The position numbers were made by a program, and so were the translations under genes. A model generated the notes under the pieces. That model saw only the letters and a list, made by a program, of their open reading frames with translations, made no database searches and was not told the DNA's origin. A stretch of DNA of 64,000 nucleotides from Eledone cirrhosa (taxonomy: Eukaryota), in assembly GCA_964016885.1 (NCBI GenBank), contig OZ024741.1:397420001-397484000 (forward strand), read 5' to 3'. Each line of letters opens with the position of its first letter. The first letter of the stretch is position 1. Below are positions 27,430 to 39,984 of the stretch, one piece after another.

Positions 27430-28410
27430 TAAAGTCTGTCTCAAGCCAGAAGGCTCGTTAGACCGGTGCTTATCATGGTTTCGTGGTGTGAAGCGACTCA
27501 GAGTACAAGACTCCCCCCCTGGACAGGACACCTGTTCATCGCAGGGGTAAAGCTCCAGCTATTGCTGGTACTCATTTTCAGCTGACTATACTGGGGCAAT
27601 GTGAAAATGAACAGTTTTGCTCAAGAACACAACACGCAACCCAGCCAAGGAATCGAACACAGGACATTATGATCGTAAGTCCGACATCCTTACCACTAGG
27701 GTACAAGCCTCCACATACTTTTTACATAGCCACATCTTATACTGTGACACTGACTATAAAATGAGAAACTACTAGAAATAAAGCATCATCATAGTCTTAT
27801 ACTAAGAGACTGTTGTATATTGACCATAGTCCAGGTAATCAACTAAAACATTGCTCTATATAAAAATATATTTTCTCAGTCCTGGGTGTCTTTAAAAAGA
27901 GCTACTGTTTATCTCCGGTTTCATGATAAAGTAAAGGGGGTAAAACCCCCTTCGGCCAGGAATAACCATGGGATTTGTACCTAGAAAGTTCCTCTCGCAG
28001 GCACAAGTCCGGGCAAGGTTGGTGGAAGACCTGTAGTCACCCATACATCCAGTCTCCCCTCTCCACGCCACTGATGTTGTCCAAGAGAAAAGCAATGGCT
28101 GATACAGCTTGGCACCTGTGACATAATATATATACAGTATAGACTTATTATATATACACTATATATATCTTATATACACTATATTTAGACTATATATACA
28201 CTATATATGATGTTGTCCAAGGGAAAGGCGATGACCGATACAGCTTGGCACAAGTGACATCACAACTCATTTCTACAGATGAGTAAACTGGAGCAACGTG
28301 AAATAAAGTGTCTTACTCAAAGACACAATGCAGTACCCTGTCTGAGAATCGAACTCACAACTTCATGATTGCAATCCCAATGCTCTAACTCCTAAGCCAT
28401 GCTCCTTCAT
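27430..28410 (-). mobile_element. Two tRNA-derived SINEs (second family group)
   Basis: 27430-27715 and about 27980-28410 end with a reverse tRNA head (GAATCGAAC...TAAC/TACCACTA) and CTGGAGCAACGTGAAAT-like core. Confidence 0.75.
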
Positions 28411-28483
28411 GGTATGAGGCAGATAAGGAAAATAGAAAACTTGACTTGGATAAAGGACAAGTATATCTTATGTAGCATTCCTT

Positions 28484-29145
28484 AATGATCTGGTAACTAC
28501 ACCTGTAAACTAGAGATGAACTGAAGCTGTGTTAAATGATCTGGTAACTACACCTGTAAACTAGAGATGAACTGAAGCTGTGTTAAATGATCTGGTAACT
28601 ACACCTGTAAACTAGAGATGAACTGAAGCTGTGTTAAATGATCTGGTAACTACACCTGTAAACTAGAGATGAACTGAAGCTGTGTTAAATGATCTGGTAA
28701 CTACACCTGTAAACTAGAGATGAACTGAAGCTGTGTTAAATGATCTGGTAACTACACCTGTAAACTAGAGGTGAACTGAAGTTGTGTTAAATGATCTGGT
28801 GACTACAGATGTCACCAGGAACTCAACTGGGGTCTGGTAATTACAGATGTCAATTAAAGGTGAATTGCGATCTGGTAACTAAAGATGTCAACTGGGGTCT
28901 GGTAACTACAAGTATCAATTAAAGGTGAATTGGGATCTGGTGACTACAGATGTCAACTGGGATCTGGTAACTATAAGTATCAATTAAAGGTGAATTGGGA
29001 TCTGGTGACTACAGATGTCAACTGGGGTCTGGCAATTACAGATGTCAATTGGGATCTGGTGACTACAGATGTCAACTGGGGCCTGGTAATTACAGATGTC
29101 AATCGAAGGTGAATTGGGGTCTGGTAACTACAGGTGTCAACTGGA
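28484..29145. repeat. 51-bp minisatellite (6 copies) grading into 27/42-bp degenerate units
   Basis: AATGATCTGGTAACTACACCTGTAAACTAGAGATGAACTGAAGCTGTGTTA at 28484, 28535...; later units keep the CTGGTRACTACAGATGTCAA core. Confidence 0.92.
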
Positions 29146-30490
29146 ACTCAACAATAAAGTGTTTACAGTGGATTTATGCCACCTGGATCAGTGAAAATTC
29201 TATGGCTCCAAAATAACTTAGATTACTTTAAAGTAAATATCTAAACTATAATAAAGTAAGGAGTGCGGGACTGCATCCAGAATATAATGTTTTATGCCAT
29301 TAGTAAAATAAGTTGGATTACTTTGAATAAATAATGAATGAATATTACATAATTTATCTACTAAATTTCGTAGCTGTTGATTAAATATATTTTATTGCTT
29401 ATTTTAAGATTCACTTTAAAATGTTCAAATGTCAACACTTCCGGTTAGCGATCGCTTAAATAAACATTCATATATTTCCGTCACTAATTTCCCCCTAATG
29501 CAGTTTATATATAATATAGTCTTTTTTTTAATGTATCATGGATTACGTTACTGATTACATAAGACAATGTAACACAGTCTTCGTTCAATTTCTGTGTATA
29601 TTGTCAATTACGATGTTATTTGATGTATCATATCTACATGTATATATATTTTTATTTTATTAAAATGGGAGTGAAAATATGAACACATGATATATACAAA
29701 GCATATAAATAAATTTACAGTAGAATAACATAACAAATATGTTTTAAATATATACATAAATAACATTACAAATACTTAGATTACATTATAAATTGCTCGC
29801 GATTCTGTCAGAAGGATATATTCCTTTAATGTCGCAATAAAATGTAAAGGAAGCGGTGAACAACCGAGCCAACACCAGAGCAAAAGACAGCAGCGAGGAG
29901 TACCGGGAAATCTCTCTAATGATTTTTTAGGCAAGCCAGCACACTGGAAGTGTTGCCTCAGGTGATGGCGAGGCTAATACCAATATGCACACTACACATG
30001 CTAGCAGAAAACCACCCAAAAGGGTGGTTTTTCTACTAGTTTCATTAATGGAAGATATTGAAATATGTTTGTTTTGTTTCTCTCAATTAGTAATCTACCA
30101 CCCAGACTGAGAGGTAGAGTCTATCCCTTCTTCACTTCCCAGACTTTCAACACAGGGATGTAGAGTCTGCCATCCACACACCTCATTCATCTGACTGTTA
30201 GAAGGGTGTACAGTCTGCCCTCCCTCTTCGCCCCAGACACACCCCATTACCCAGACTTTCAATAAAGTGGTAAATGTTATATAATTTAAATGAAGTTTGT
30301 TAAATTAAGATTTTATGTTTGTGAAAAAAGAGAAATTATATTGAAAAATAAAGAATTACTTGTTAAGGTTAAAATGCACACACATATACAAACACACACA
30401 TACATATATACACATACAAACACACACACATATAGTCATTTATAATAGGTTAGATTACACATAAACAAACACACACACATAGTCATTTAT

Positions 30491-31435
30491 AACTAGACAT
30501 GAAAAATGCGCAAGCTCAAAAGTGCCACAGAATGTTATAATAAACCTTCAAAAGTGTGGGACTAGAGTTGTTGCTAAAAAATATTGTAATCATTATATAT
30601 CGTACATTCTGTGGCATCCTTTATAAAAATAGCTTAAACCAACGAAGCCTTTATTTTTACGCTATTTCACTTAGTTAATTCTTAGAGTGTAACATATAAA
30701 AATATCATTTACAACTATAAAATAAATTAATTAATATAATAACAGAGCTGCGGAAATAATGGAGTATCGGATCCTGAGTTGGAGCCAGTCAATTTTTGGC
30801 CGACTCCGCAGCCCTGTATAATACATTTCATATTAAAGTTATTAATAAACCTATTTTACACTTCATGCAAATTACCACGAGATATTGATATTAGATATAA
30901 GATACAGCGCAATATCTACAGCTGTAAAAGTACGAAAGCGAAGTAATAATAAGTGGCTTAAGGTAATTCCAATATGAAAGTTTGTAGTGATAAAAATTTG
31001 ATAATGCAATACGATTGTTAATATTATAGTTCTATGAAAATGTAACAATAGATAACTAAATTATTTTACTATTAGTATATTTAAGAAATTATCATTATAG
31101 ATTTGATCGTTCATATAAGCATCATATTAAGTTTCAACACAATTATTTTGTTACTATGAGTATATGATAATAATATTACGTAATTATTTATAGCTGTTAT
31201 TACATTAAACATAGATGTATTTATTTTTATATGTTACACTCTAAGAATTAACTAAGTGAAATAGCGTAAAAATAAAGGCTTCGTTGGTTTAAGCTATTTT
31301 TATAAAGGATGCCACAGAATGTACGATATATAATGATTACAATATTTTTTAGCAACAACTCTAGTCCCACACTTTTGAAGGTTTATTATAACATTCTGTG
31401 GCACTTTTGAGCTTGCGCATTTTTCATGTCTAGTT
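30491..31435. mobile_element. Fold-back element with about 214-bp apparently perfect inverted arms
   Basis: 30491-30704 is the reverse complement of 31222-31435; AT-rich spacer of about 520 bp; no clear TSD. Confidence 0.75.
30743..30816. mobile_element. 74-bp hAT-type mini-MITE
   Basis: CAGAGCTGCGGA ... TCCGCAGCCCTG TIRs; 8-bp TSD TATAATAA / TATAATAC. Confidence 0.75.
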
Positions 31436-31989
31436 TAATATTTTTTTAAGGCAACGCTTGTAATAACTCTAGTTAAACAGGATATATATTAATAATAAAT
31501 TATCGTTGTAATGTAATTAGATTATGTAATTGTTATTATAAATTATCTTATAAATATTAGTGTAAGATGTATAAAAATATTTTCAGACTTTTAATATAAA
31601 CAACTACAAAAAACAATCAATATTAAATCAATATATTATACATAATAGAAAACATAAAATATACAATACAAAAACAAAATATTTACATACAATTGCAATT
31701 ATCAGTGTATATACATTTTCTTTATATTCCCTGAGCAAATTAATAAGATTTGTTTTTATTGTACATAATTTGATGACTTGTTGGAGTGTATTAAAAGATA
31801 GCAACAATTTGTGATTAAATTGTTATCTTAAGCAACTCACTTTTTAATAGTTGTTGGCTGAGCGAAATTGTAAAAGCCTATGAGCAAATATAAAAAAAAA
31901 TACACAAACAACATTTCCTTGTGTTATTACAACATTAGATAAAATAATTGAGCAATGTCATTATATTTTGCTCTTATTGCACATTAATA

Positions 31990-32155
31990 GTGTTTCTATT
32001 TTTCGGCACAAATCCATTACGGCAGTCCATTACTGGTACTTTATTTTATCGAATTAGTAAGTATGAAAGTCGAAGTTAACCTCGGCAGGATTTGAACTTA
32101 GAATGCAAAGGACCATAACAATACTGCAAAGCATGGTGTCTGACGCTCTACCAAT
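31990..32155 (-). mobile_element. SINE copy
   Basis: Same SINE core as 21405-21830. Confidence 0.75.
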
Positions 32156-32551
32156 ACTTGTGTTGAGCTGGTCATTAATTTATGGTGGTCGTGCGTGGAG
32201 TAGAGCAATCGCTAGTTGAAATATTATGAACAAAACATTTTTATTTGCCGAAGAACATATTTTCAATACTGTTTGTGAATGTGACGAAGGAAATACATTC
32301 TGATATGGAACAGTGTACAAAGTGTGTCTGTGAATAACATAATGTTACCTCATGTTGTTGTCAAGACATAATGGATTTCGTATATCCAGTTAGAAGATGA
32401 AACCTAGCCATCTCGGATTAGTTATATTTCATGCCATGTGTAAACGTGTTTGAGGATAGCAAAATATGCGCGTTAATTATAATAATTAGTTAATAATATT
32501 ACAAAATATACCTAATTAAACTCTTTGCTTGAAATTTTATCATTCTTCGTT

Positions 32552-32584
<33 letters not shown>

Positions 32585-34347
32585 GGAGAGAGATTTATCT
32601 AGTCCTTCGCTCAAGATTAATCTATAAGTTTAGATGTTTGCCTTCGTTTAAGTAAATATTACAGTAAGATTTTTAATATAAACAACTACAAAAAACAATT
32701 AATATTAAAACGAAAAAATTATCAATGATAAAAGAAGCGGATGCAACTTTTTTTTTTATAAAGTTATATTCCTGTTTCTTTAAAGAACATTTCATTTTTG
32801 TTCTATTGTAGGCGAAATAATGCAATGGTTTAATAGGGAAGATATAACTTACGAATTATGTCTCTAACCGTGTAACGCTTTTTAAGTAGATAACTACAAT
32901 TGAAAATACTAAAGAAATGGAACCAACAATTCAATTTGAAAGTCGTCTAGTGACAGTGTATTACTGGTACTTTATTTTATCGACCCCGTAACGATGAAAG
33001 GCAAAAATGCAAATGCTTAAAATTTAAATTGCCTTAATTCTATCGTCTGCTGTTTCATTAAAGGGAGATTATCGTCTGTATTTAATTCTATCGTCTACTG
33101 TTCCACTAAACAGATATACCTCCACTATCGTCTCTATTTATACATTTTAACTTATAACTTATACACATTTGATTTGAAATATTTTATCTAGTCCCCCCTC
33201 TCAATATTATGATGATTTCTTTCGAATGAAACAGTTCTAGTCCTGTAGAAACCATTTATATATATAATTGAACTGAGTTAAAAATTCACAATATTTATAA
33301 TTAAATAAGCTCATATATATATGTGTGTATTTATCTGTTTATTGTATTATATATAATGTGTGTATATACAGGATGTCCCCCAAAAATATATACACACTTC
33401 AACAGCATTCTAATAACTATTGCCTGTACAGGTAATCAAAGTGTCAATCGAATGTTAGTTTCGTGTTTTAACAGTACAAATTTACAATACACACATAAAA
33501 CCAGTGTATATACATACATGAGTGTGTATACACATACATGAATGTGTATATACAATATATATGTATATATATATAGACACATATATTCACGGTGCAACGG
33601 TACATTAAAATATAGATGCGGGAGAGGGGGGGGGTATATATAGGGGCGCTGGGGATAAAGGAGTGTAAAGCGTGTGTAATTGATATATTGAAGGAGAGGA
33701 GCGTGCAGCGATAGAGTAACAAATATATAGAGAGGGGGAGAGATGGTATTGAAGGGGAGGAGTGCAAAGCGAAAGAGTAAGAGATATATATAGAGACGGA
33801 ACAGATAGAGAGAAACAGGCGTAAGTAACAGTGGAAGAGATATAGAGAGAGGTACTCTGATTGGTTGAAAATTAGCCAATGACATACGATCACCACCACC
33901 ACGGCTATCCCCGAAAAAATTTTTAAGAAGCTACGCATATATGTTAGAACACGAAAAGTGAACATTCTGTTGTTTCACACTTTTCGTGTTCTAACAGATA
34001 GGTTAGATCACACATATACATACACATACACACACACACACATACAGTTATTTATAATACGTTAGATCACACATACATACATAGCCTCCCACACGCATAC
34101 ACACACGAACACACACACATACACACATACACACATACAGTCATTTATAATAGGTTAGATTACACATATACATACACAAACGCGCATAGCCTCGCGCACA
34201 CACACATACATACACACATACACACACAACAGCCGTACACACACAGCCAAACCCGCACAGCCACACACACACACACACACACAAATACAAACACACATTA
34301 ACACGCGGCCACACACACACAGCCACAACAACCACCTCCCCCATCTC

Positions 34348-34382
<35 letters not shown>

Positions 34383-34684
34383 ATCTCACCGGTTCTCTCC
34401 CCCCTCTATTTCCCTCTACCACTTCCTACCACCTCGCAACTCTAACTAAATGACCTTCTCTTCCTCTTTTCCTCCAATAATCACTTCTCGTACAAAAACA
34501 TATCAATAGTACACACACACACACATAGATCTATTATTATACTTTGGGAGGGTCATGTTGCCAATAAGAAACACACGCACCAGTTGCTTTCACTTAAATT
34601 TATTATAATAAATTTATAAATTTAGGAATTTATAAATTTCCGGCTGGTTGGTTGGTTCCACAACCAGATGGTTGTTTATATATT

Positions 34685-34727
34685 GTCAAAGTTCTTTCGT
34701 CAAACATTCTGTGACCTCTTCAGTGAC
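34685..34727 (-). ncRNA. Hammerhead ribozyme in 3' pLTR
   Basis: Minus: GUCA CUGAAGA G GUCA...UGAC GAAA GAAC UU UGAC. Confidence 0.8.
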
Positions 34728-34928
34728 TGGGGATTTTTTTCTTTGCTTTTGTGCCTCTCCTTTGTTCTGTCCTACGCCATCTTGTTTCTGTGTGTGTGTT
34801 GTGTGCTCAGTCTGCGCATGCGCCACATCCGGGTGTCTGTGTGTGTTTGTATTCGTTTATTTATTTGTTTATTTACATGTTACAGGTTGGTTGTTTGTTC
34901 TATGTGCGTGTGTGTTTTCATTTTGTCC

Positions 34929-36945
34929 TTAATTGTAAGTTGTGATGTTGCTGTTCCATTCATGTTTTCTATTTAATTTTGGTTGGAGTTTATTTATGTT
35001 TATTGCCTCTGTGATTTGTCTAAACATTGCGTCTTTTCTGTGTGTAGATTCTATTTTTATTTCTATGTTCTCTAATTTACCCTTGTGTTCTATCTTAGCA
35101 TGTTGGTAGAGTACAAATGATTCTTTACTATCTTGAAGGTCTCGCCAGTGTTCGTTTATCCGTTCCCCTACACTACGAACTGTCTCACCTATGTATACTA
35201 TATTTTTGTCTCTACATTGTCCTTCAGTACATCTTATGCTATATACTACATTTCTAGTTTTACAGTTAATATGGGGGCTTAATTTACAGGTTATACATTT
35301 CTTATCTATACAGGGGGTCTTTGAAAAGGGTATGTCTTGCTAATAAGTGTTTTTACGGAGGTACCTGGTCTTTCTACTATCTTACTATTGAGTTTATGTT
35401 TATCTAGGGCCCTTCTAAATTTGTAAGCTAATTCACCTCTAGGGGTTGTATCGATGAACATTACACTCTGGTATTTATTGCTATCATACCATGAGTTTAT
35501 TCTATTAGCCTTATTCTTAGTTCTTTCTATTCTATTCCAAAATTTGCTCCTATACAAGGGGCAGGTCCCATTTGTGTCATTATTTACCATTTTTTTCCCA
35601 TTTGGTTCTGGCTCCTCTATACACTCTGATTTTATCTCTCTGATTTTAACCAGAAAACTGCATACGGTGGATGAAGTGTTGTATGTGTCTCTCTAGTTCT
35701 TCGGGGTTGCACATGCGGGACACGTTTCTCATCACCCGTACCAAATCCGCACTCAGTATGTTGATTTTGGTATGGTCCGAAACAGCTGAGTTTCGGTGGA
35801 TCAGATATTTGGAAGTCATGGGTTTGGCATAATGGGAATGGAGGATTTGTTTTTTGTTATTAATGGTATCTAACCAGAGCTCTGTGTCTAGTACAGGTAA
35901 TCGATGGTTGGGGTGTTTACTTGGGTAGTCTATAGTAACTCTAATACTCTGGTGGATGGAGTTAGCTATTTGCTGGATGCTCTCCATTGTGTTTTTCTCT
36001 AATTCCTGACTGTTCTCTAGTGGGGGTGTTTTAACTACGATGTTTATATCATCAACGTAGCGGGAGTACATTATCAGGGTTAAGGGGTCTTCTAATTGTT
36101 CTTTAAGTTTAAGTTTAAGTCTACTGTCCCACCATACCATGAATAAGTTAGCTATGTCGCCTGCAATGCTAACACCAATGGCTGCTCCTTCCTCTTGGGC
36201 ATATGTTTTTCCATTAAATTTGAACATATGTTCCTTAAGGGTTAATTTTATGCTGGCTCCCACCGCATGTGCAATCATTTTCTTTAGTTCATCGTGGTTT
36301 TTGGGTGTCCGTATGGCTCTGGTCCACCCGTTCCATCTATTTGTGTGGGTTTTCTTGGCCATTGAGGTAATGGTAGGTGGTCTGCCTCTTGCTGGTCTTG
36401 TAGGGCACAGGTTGCTAAGGTCATATGTGTCTAGGTAATTATTACTATAGGTAAGTTTAAGTAGGAGTCCCAGCTCACTGGTATCAATCCCACGGAACTT
36501 AACATTGCTCTCACTGATCATTTCTACGCATTTCTCCACAGCAAAATCCACGTCAATAGATGGATACAGGGACACAACATCCATACTACCTATTATGCAG
36601 TTTGTTAGGTCCCTAGATTGGTTACCCTCGCCGATTCTGCTGAGGAGGTCCTCCGTGCTGTCACATACATCTGGGGACATTTCAATGATGGGGCGTATGA
36701 TCAGGGAGAGGAAGTAGGACAGTCTGTAGTTACTAGCAATGTTAGCTCCACAGACTGGCCGTGTTGGTGGTCCCGTGACAGGGTCACTGCCAGTTTTATG
36801 GTCTTTTCGAAGCCCATACAACGCTGGCACGTCATTGTTCCAGGCCTGGAAGTTGTTGGCAGTCCTTTTGTTGGGTTGCATTATATTCGTCCACATCACC
36901 ATATGGGCATTGAGGGCTTTTTCTCTATCCTCATGCTCTTGTGTT
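34929..36945 (-). pseudogene. Penelope RT-GIY-YIG polyprotein relic
   Basis: PALYGLRKDHK, PTRPV, GSMDVVSLYPSID, GAAIG, YSRYVDD, LPVLD; then NVVYSIRC...IVYIGETVRSVGERINEH at about 35150-35260; frame breaks near 35600-35650 and 35306. The first ~35 aa of the predicted 467-aa ORF come from the inverted pLTR. Confidence 0.9.
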
Positions 36946-36965
36946 AGCAAAGAAAAGAATCCCCA

Positions 36966-37008
36966 GTCACTGAAGAGGTCACATAATGTGTGACGAAAGA
37001 ACTTTGAC
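36966..37008 (+). ncRNA. Hammerhead ribozyme in inverted pLTR
   Basis: GUCA CUGAAGA G GUCACA UAAUG UGUGAC GAAA GAAC UU UGAC. Confidence 0.82.
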
Positions 37009-37296
37009 AATATATAAACAACCATCTGGTTGTGGAACCAACCAACCAACCGGAAATTTATAAATTCCTAAATTTATAAATTTATTATAATAAATTTAAG
37101 TGAAAGCAACTGGTGCGTGTGTTTCTTATTGGCAACATGACCCTCCCAAAGTATAACAATATCGGTTTCAACACACGTTTTCAGATAAAGAATCTTGCTA
37201 AACAAATTCAGAAACGAAATATATATATATAGATATAAATTAAAGTATAGAAATTGTTGTGAGCGTGAAGCCAACAGTATTTCATAATATATAAGT

Positions 37297-37370
<74 letters not shown>

Positions 37371-37465
37371 GTGTATATGTGTATCTAAATACCCCCCCCC
37401 CCCCATCCACCACCCTCCCTTGCCACTACCTAAATGTATAAATACCAGAACTTAATATGACACCC

Positions 37466-37516
37466 AGCTTCCTGAAGATTTCATCTGAATGAAACAGTAC
37501 TAGTCCTGTAGAAGCT
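37466..37516 (+). ncRNA. Type I hammerhead ribozyme
   Basis: AGCUUC CUGAAGA U UUCA UC UGAA U GAAA CAG UACUAGUC CUG UA GAAGCU; 6-bp stem I, GUA site; decayed relative at about 33205-33255. Confidence 0.8.
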
Positions 37517-37632
37517 CCTTCTATAAAATAAAATAAAAATATATATATATATATATATATGTACGTCGAGTGCTCTCCCTAATATTACATCGAGGTTGAC
37601 CACAATTCTATCCAGTGGTGAACCAACAAACC

Positions 37633-37688
<56 letters not shown>

Positions 37689-37881
37689 TTTAGGTTTGTT
37701 GGTTCACCACTGGATAGAACTGGTCATTCCGTGTGGTCAACCTCGATGTAATATTAGGGAGAGCACTCGACGTAATGCAACTCACCCGTCTTCGTTTGTG
37801 TTGGTGGTGCGAGTACGGAGTTAATTATTATGAATAAAATAGCAGGAGGTTGGACTGGTGTAATTCCTTAAAAGGTTTATT

Positions 37882-37939
37882 ATACTATGAACATTTCAAT
37901 GACCGGGTTCAGTATGAATCCGGTGACATCATCAGGTAT
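37882..37939 (-). ncRNA. Type I hammerhead ribozyme
   Basis: Minus: AUAC CUGAUGA UGUC ACCGG...CCGGU CAUU GAAA UG UU CA UA GUAU. Confidence 0.72.
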
Positions 37940-38056
37940 TCGAAATTTAACAAAGGAATATAACCATGGGGCTGAAAAGGCAGAGAGACAAGAAGGCGGC
38001 CACACATTTAGCAGTTTCTAGTTCGGTCGGCCACCTTCATATATATATATACATAC

Positions 38057-38092
<36 letters not shown>

Positions 38093-38124
38093 CTGTGTGT
38101 GTATGTATGTATATATATATCTAT

Positions 38125-38263
38125 CTAGGGTGGGTAAAATTCCCGAGATCCATGGACGAGTTCTCTCCAGCGGTCTCTGTCCCTCATTATCGCTTCCATG
38201 TCCTGCGTCTCCAACAGACCAGTGTCTGTCCTTAGGGCATCAACATAGTGGAAGAGAAAGACC

Positions 38264-38266
<3 letters not shown>
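38125..38266 (-). mobile_element. 3' tip of an RTE-type LINE
   Basis: YVDALRTDTGL...MRDRDRWRELV C-terminus typical of RTE ORF2; embedded in (TA)n. Confidence 0.7.
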
Positions 38267-38335
<69 letters not shown>

Positions 38336-38338
<3 letters not shown>

Positions 38339-38879
38339 CGAAGGAGTTGTGGTAAGGAACCCGATGGACCATAACACACCAGAGTACTCAATACTTAGGG
38401 TAGTAGAGTGAGTAATAGGAGAAAGTATGACCCCGACGGCAGTGCTCAAGCCGTTTCGACGGCTATTTCTGGACTAAATTCAAATTATAGCCGAGCTTTT
38501 CAAGGGGTAATTCCATATATGGGCATGCGATAATCAAGTATTTCAAAAGGATTGGTCGAAGTTTCTTGTAAATACAGTTAAATCTTTCATGGCGGTTGGT
38601 AGGGGGTGGGAGTGGCTGAGCTTGCCTGTAGAACAATGAGGGAGTGGGTTAAGCCGATCAAGCGTTGAAAATGAATTCTATACAACAAATTCTAAGGAGA
38701 GTGGGTGAAGTAGGCTAGCTAGAAAGCAGGCGTAAATAGAATTATACAGGAATCTGAAAATTATAAAATTAAAAAAACTAGAGTCTAAAAGAGCTGCTAT
38801 ATTTAGCTGGTGTTGCCTTTTCCGCCATATATATATATGGCGTTATAGTCCATCTGGTTCCTTGCCACAACTACTCCCT

Positions 38880-38951
<72 letters not shown>

Positions 38952-39392
38952 TAGCAGCTCTTTTAGACTCTAGTTTTTTTAATTTTATAATTTACAGATT
39001 CCTGTATAATTCTATTTACGCCTGCTTTCTAGCTAGCCTACTTCACCCACTCTCCTTAGGATTTGTTGTATAGAATTCATTTTCAACGCTTGACCGGCTT
39101 AACCTACTCCCTCATTGTTCTACAGGCAAGCTCAGCCACTCCTACCCCCTACCTACCGCCATGAAAGATTTAACTGTGTTTACAAGAAACTTCGACCAAT
39201 CCTTTTGAAATACTTGATTATCGCATGCCCATATATGGAGTTGTGGCAAGGCACCAGATGGACCATAGCGCACCAGAGTACTCAATACTTAGGGTAGTAG
39301 AGTGGGTAATAGGAATATGTTTCGACGGCTATTTCTGGACTAGAAATAGCCGTCGAAACGGCTTGAGCTCTGCCGTCGGAGTTAAACATTTT

Positions 39393-39395
<3 letters not shown>
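38336..39395. mobile_element. Cluster of rearranged pLTR copies of a TA-associated family
   Basis: 38512-38805 is inverted at 38948-39238; the terminal ~130 bp recurs at 17344, 39240, 45500, 53297-53945 and 55268. Confidence 0.8.
38430..38508 (-). ncRNA. Hammerhead ribozyme, U3-A8 core variant
   Basis: Minus: ACCCC UUGAAAA G CU CGGCUAU...AUAGCCG UC GAAA CGGC UUGAGCACU GCCG UC GGGGU; GUC site. Confidence 0.82.
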
Positions 39396-39448
<53 letters not shown>

Positions 39449-39604
39449 ACAAAGAAATACACAGACACATGCGAATACATACATATACATGCATATACCC
39501 ACATATATCCCTGAATTTGTGTGGTGCCAACCTTAACCGTTGTTGCTCTATGAGTAATAGGGACAAAATAATCTGAATGGATTAGATTGATTCAATATCA
39601 GAGC

Positions 39605-39884
39605 TATATAATACATTATAAAGAAAGAAGAAACAGATATAAATAAAAAGATATAATATACCTAAATTCCTTCATTATCCTCGACTACGTAGTTTCGTGG
39701 CTATTATGAAAAAACACTACATCATAGAGATGCGGTATTTTTGTGAAGTTTGCCGACTTATCAAGAGGATACCTCATTTAGAGTTTTAAAACACGTCCGT
39801 AGGACGTGAGATAGAATCCCTGAAGGAATTTAGGTATATTATATCTTTTTATTTATATCTAATGTTTCTTCTTTCTTTATAATG

Positions 39885-39892
<8 letters not shown>
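39605..39892. mobile_element. Fold-back pLTR-like cassette with decayed hammerhead
   Basis: Arms about 39605-39673 / 39821-39892; the minus strand of the spacer has CAC GAAA CUACGUAG UC GAG with a degenerate CUGAUGA. Confidence 0.6.
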
Positions 39893-39943
<51 letters not shown>

Positions 39944-39984
39944 CGAAACATAAGTCAATTGCATGAACTCATAATCCTTTATTT

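Larger units (their letters stand above)
34533..37290 (-). mobile_element. Penelope-like element (EN+), 5'-truncated with inverted pLTR
   Basis: 34533-34750 is inverted at 36945-37160; RT and GIY-YIG coding between; hammerhead in both pLTR copies. Confidence 0.93.

Noticed and set aside
36945-37049. N-terminus of the 467-aa ORF as the real protein start
   Set aside because: It lies in the inverted pLTR; read-through is fortuitous.
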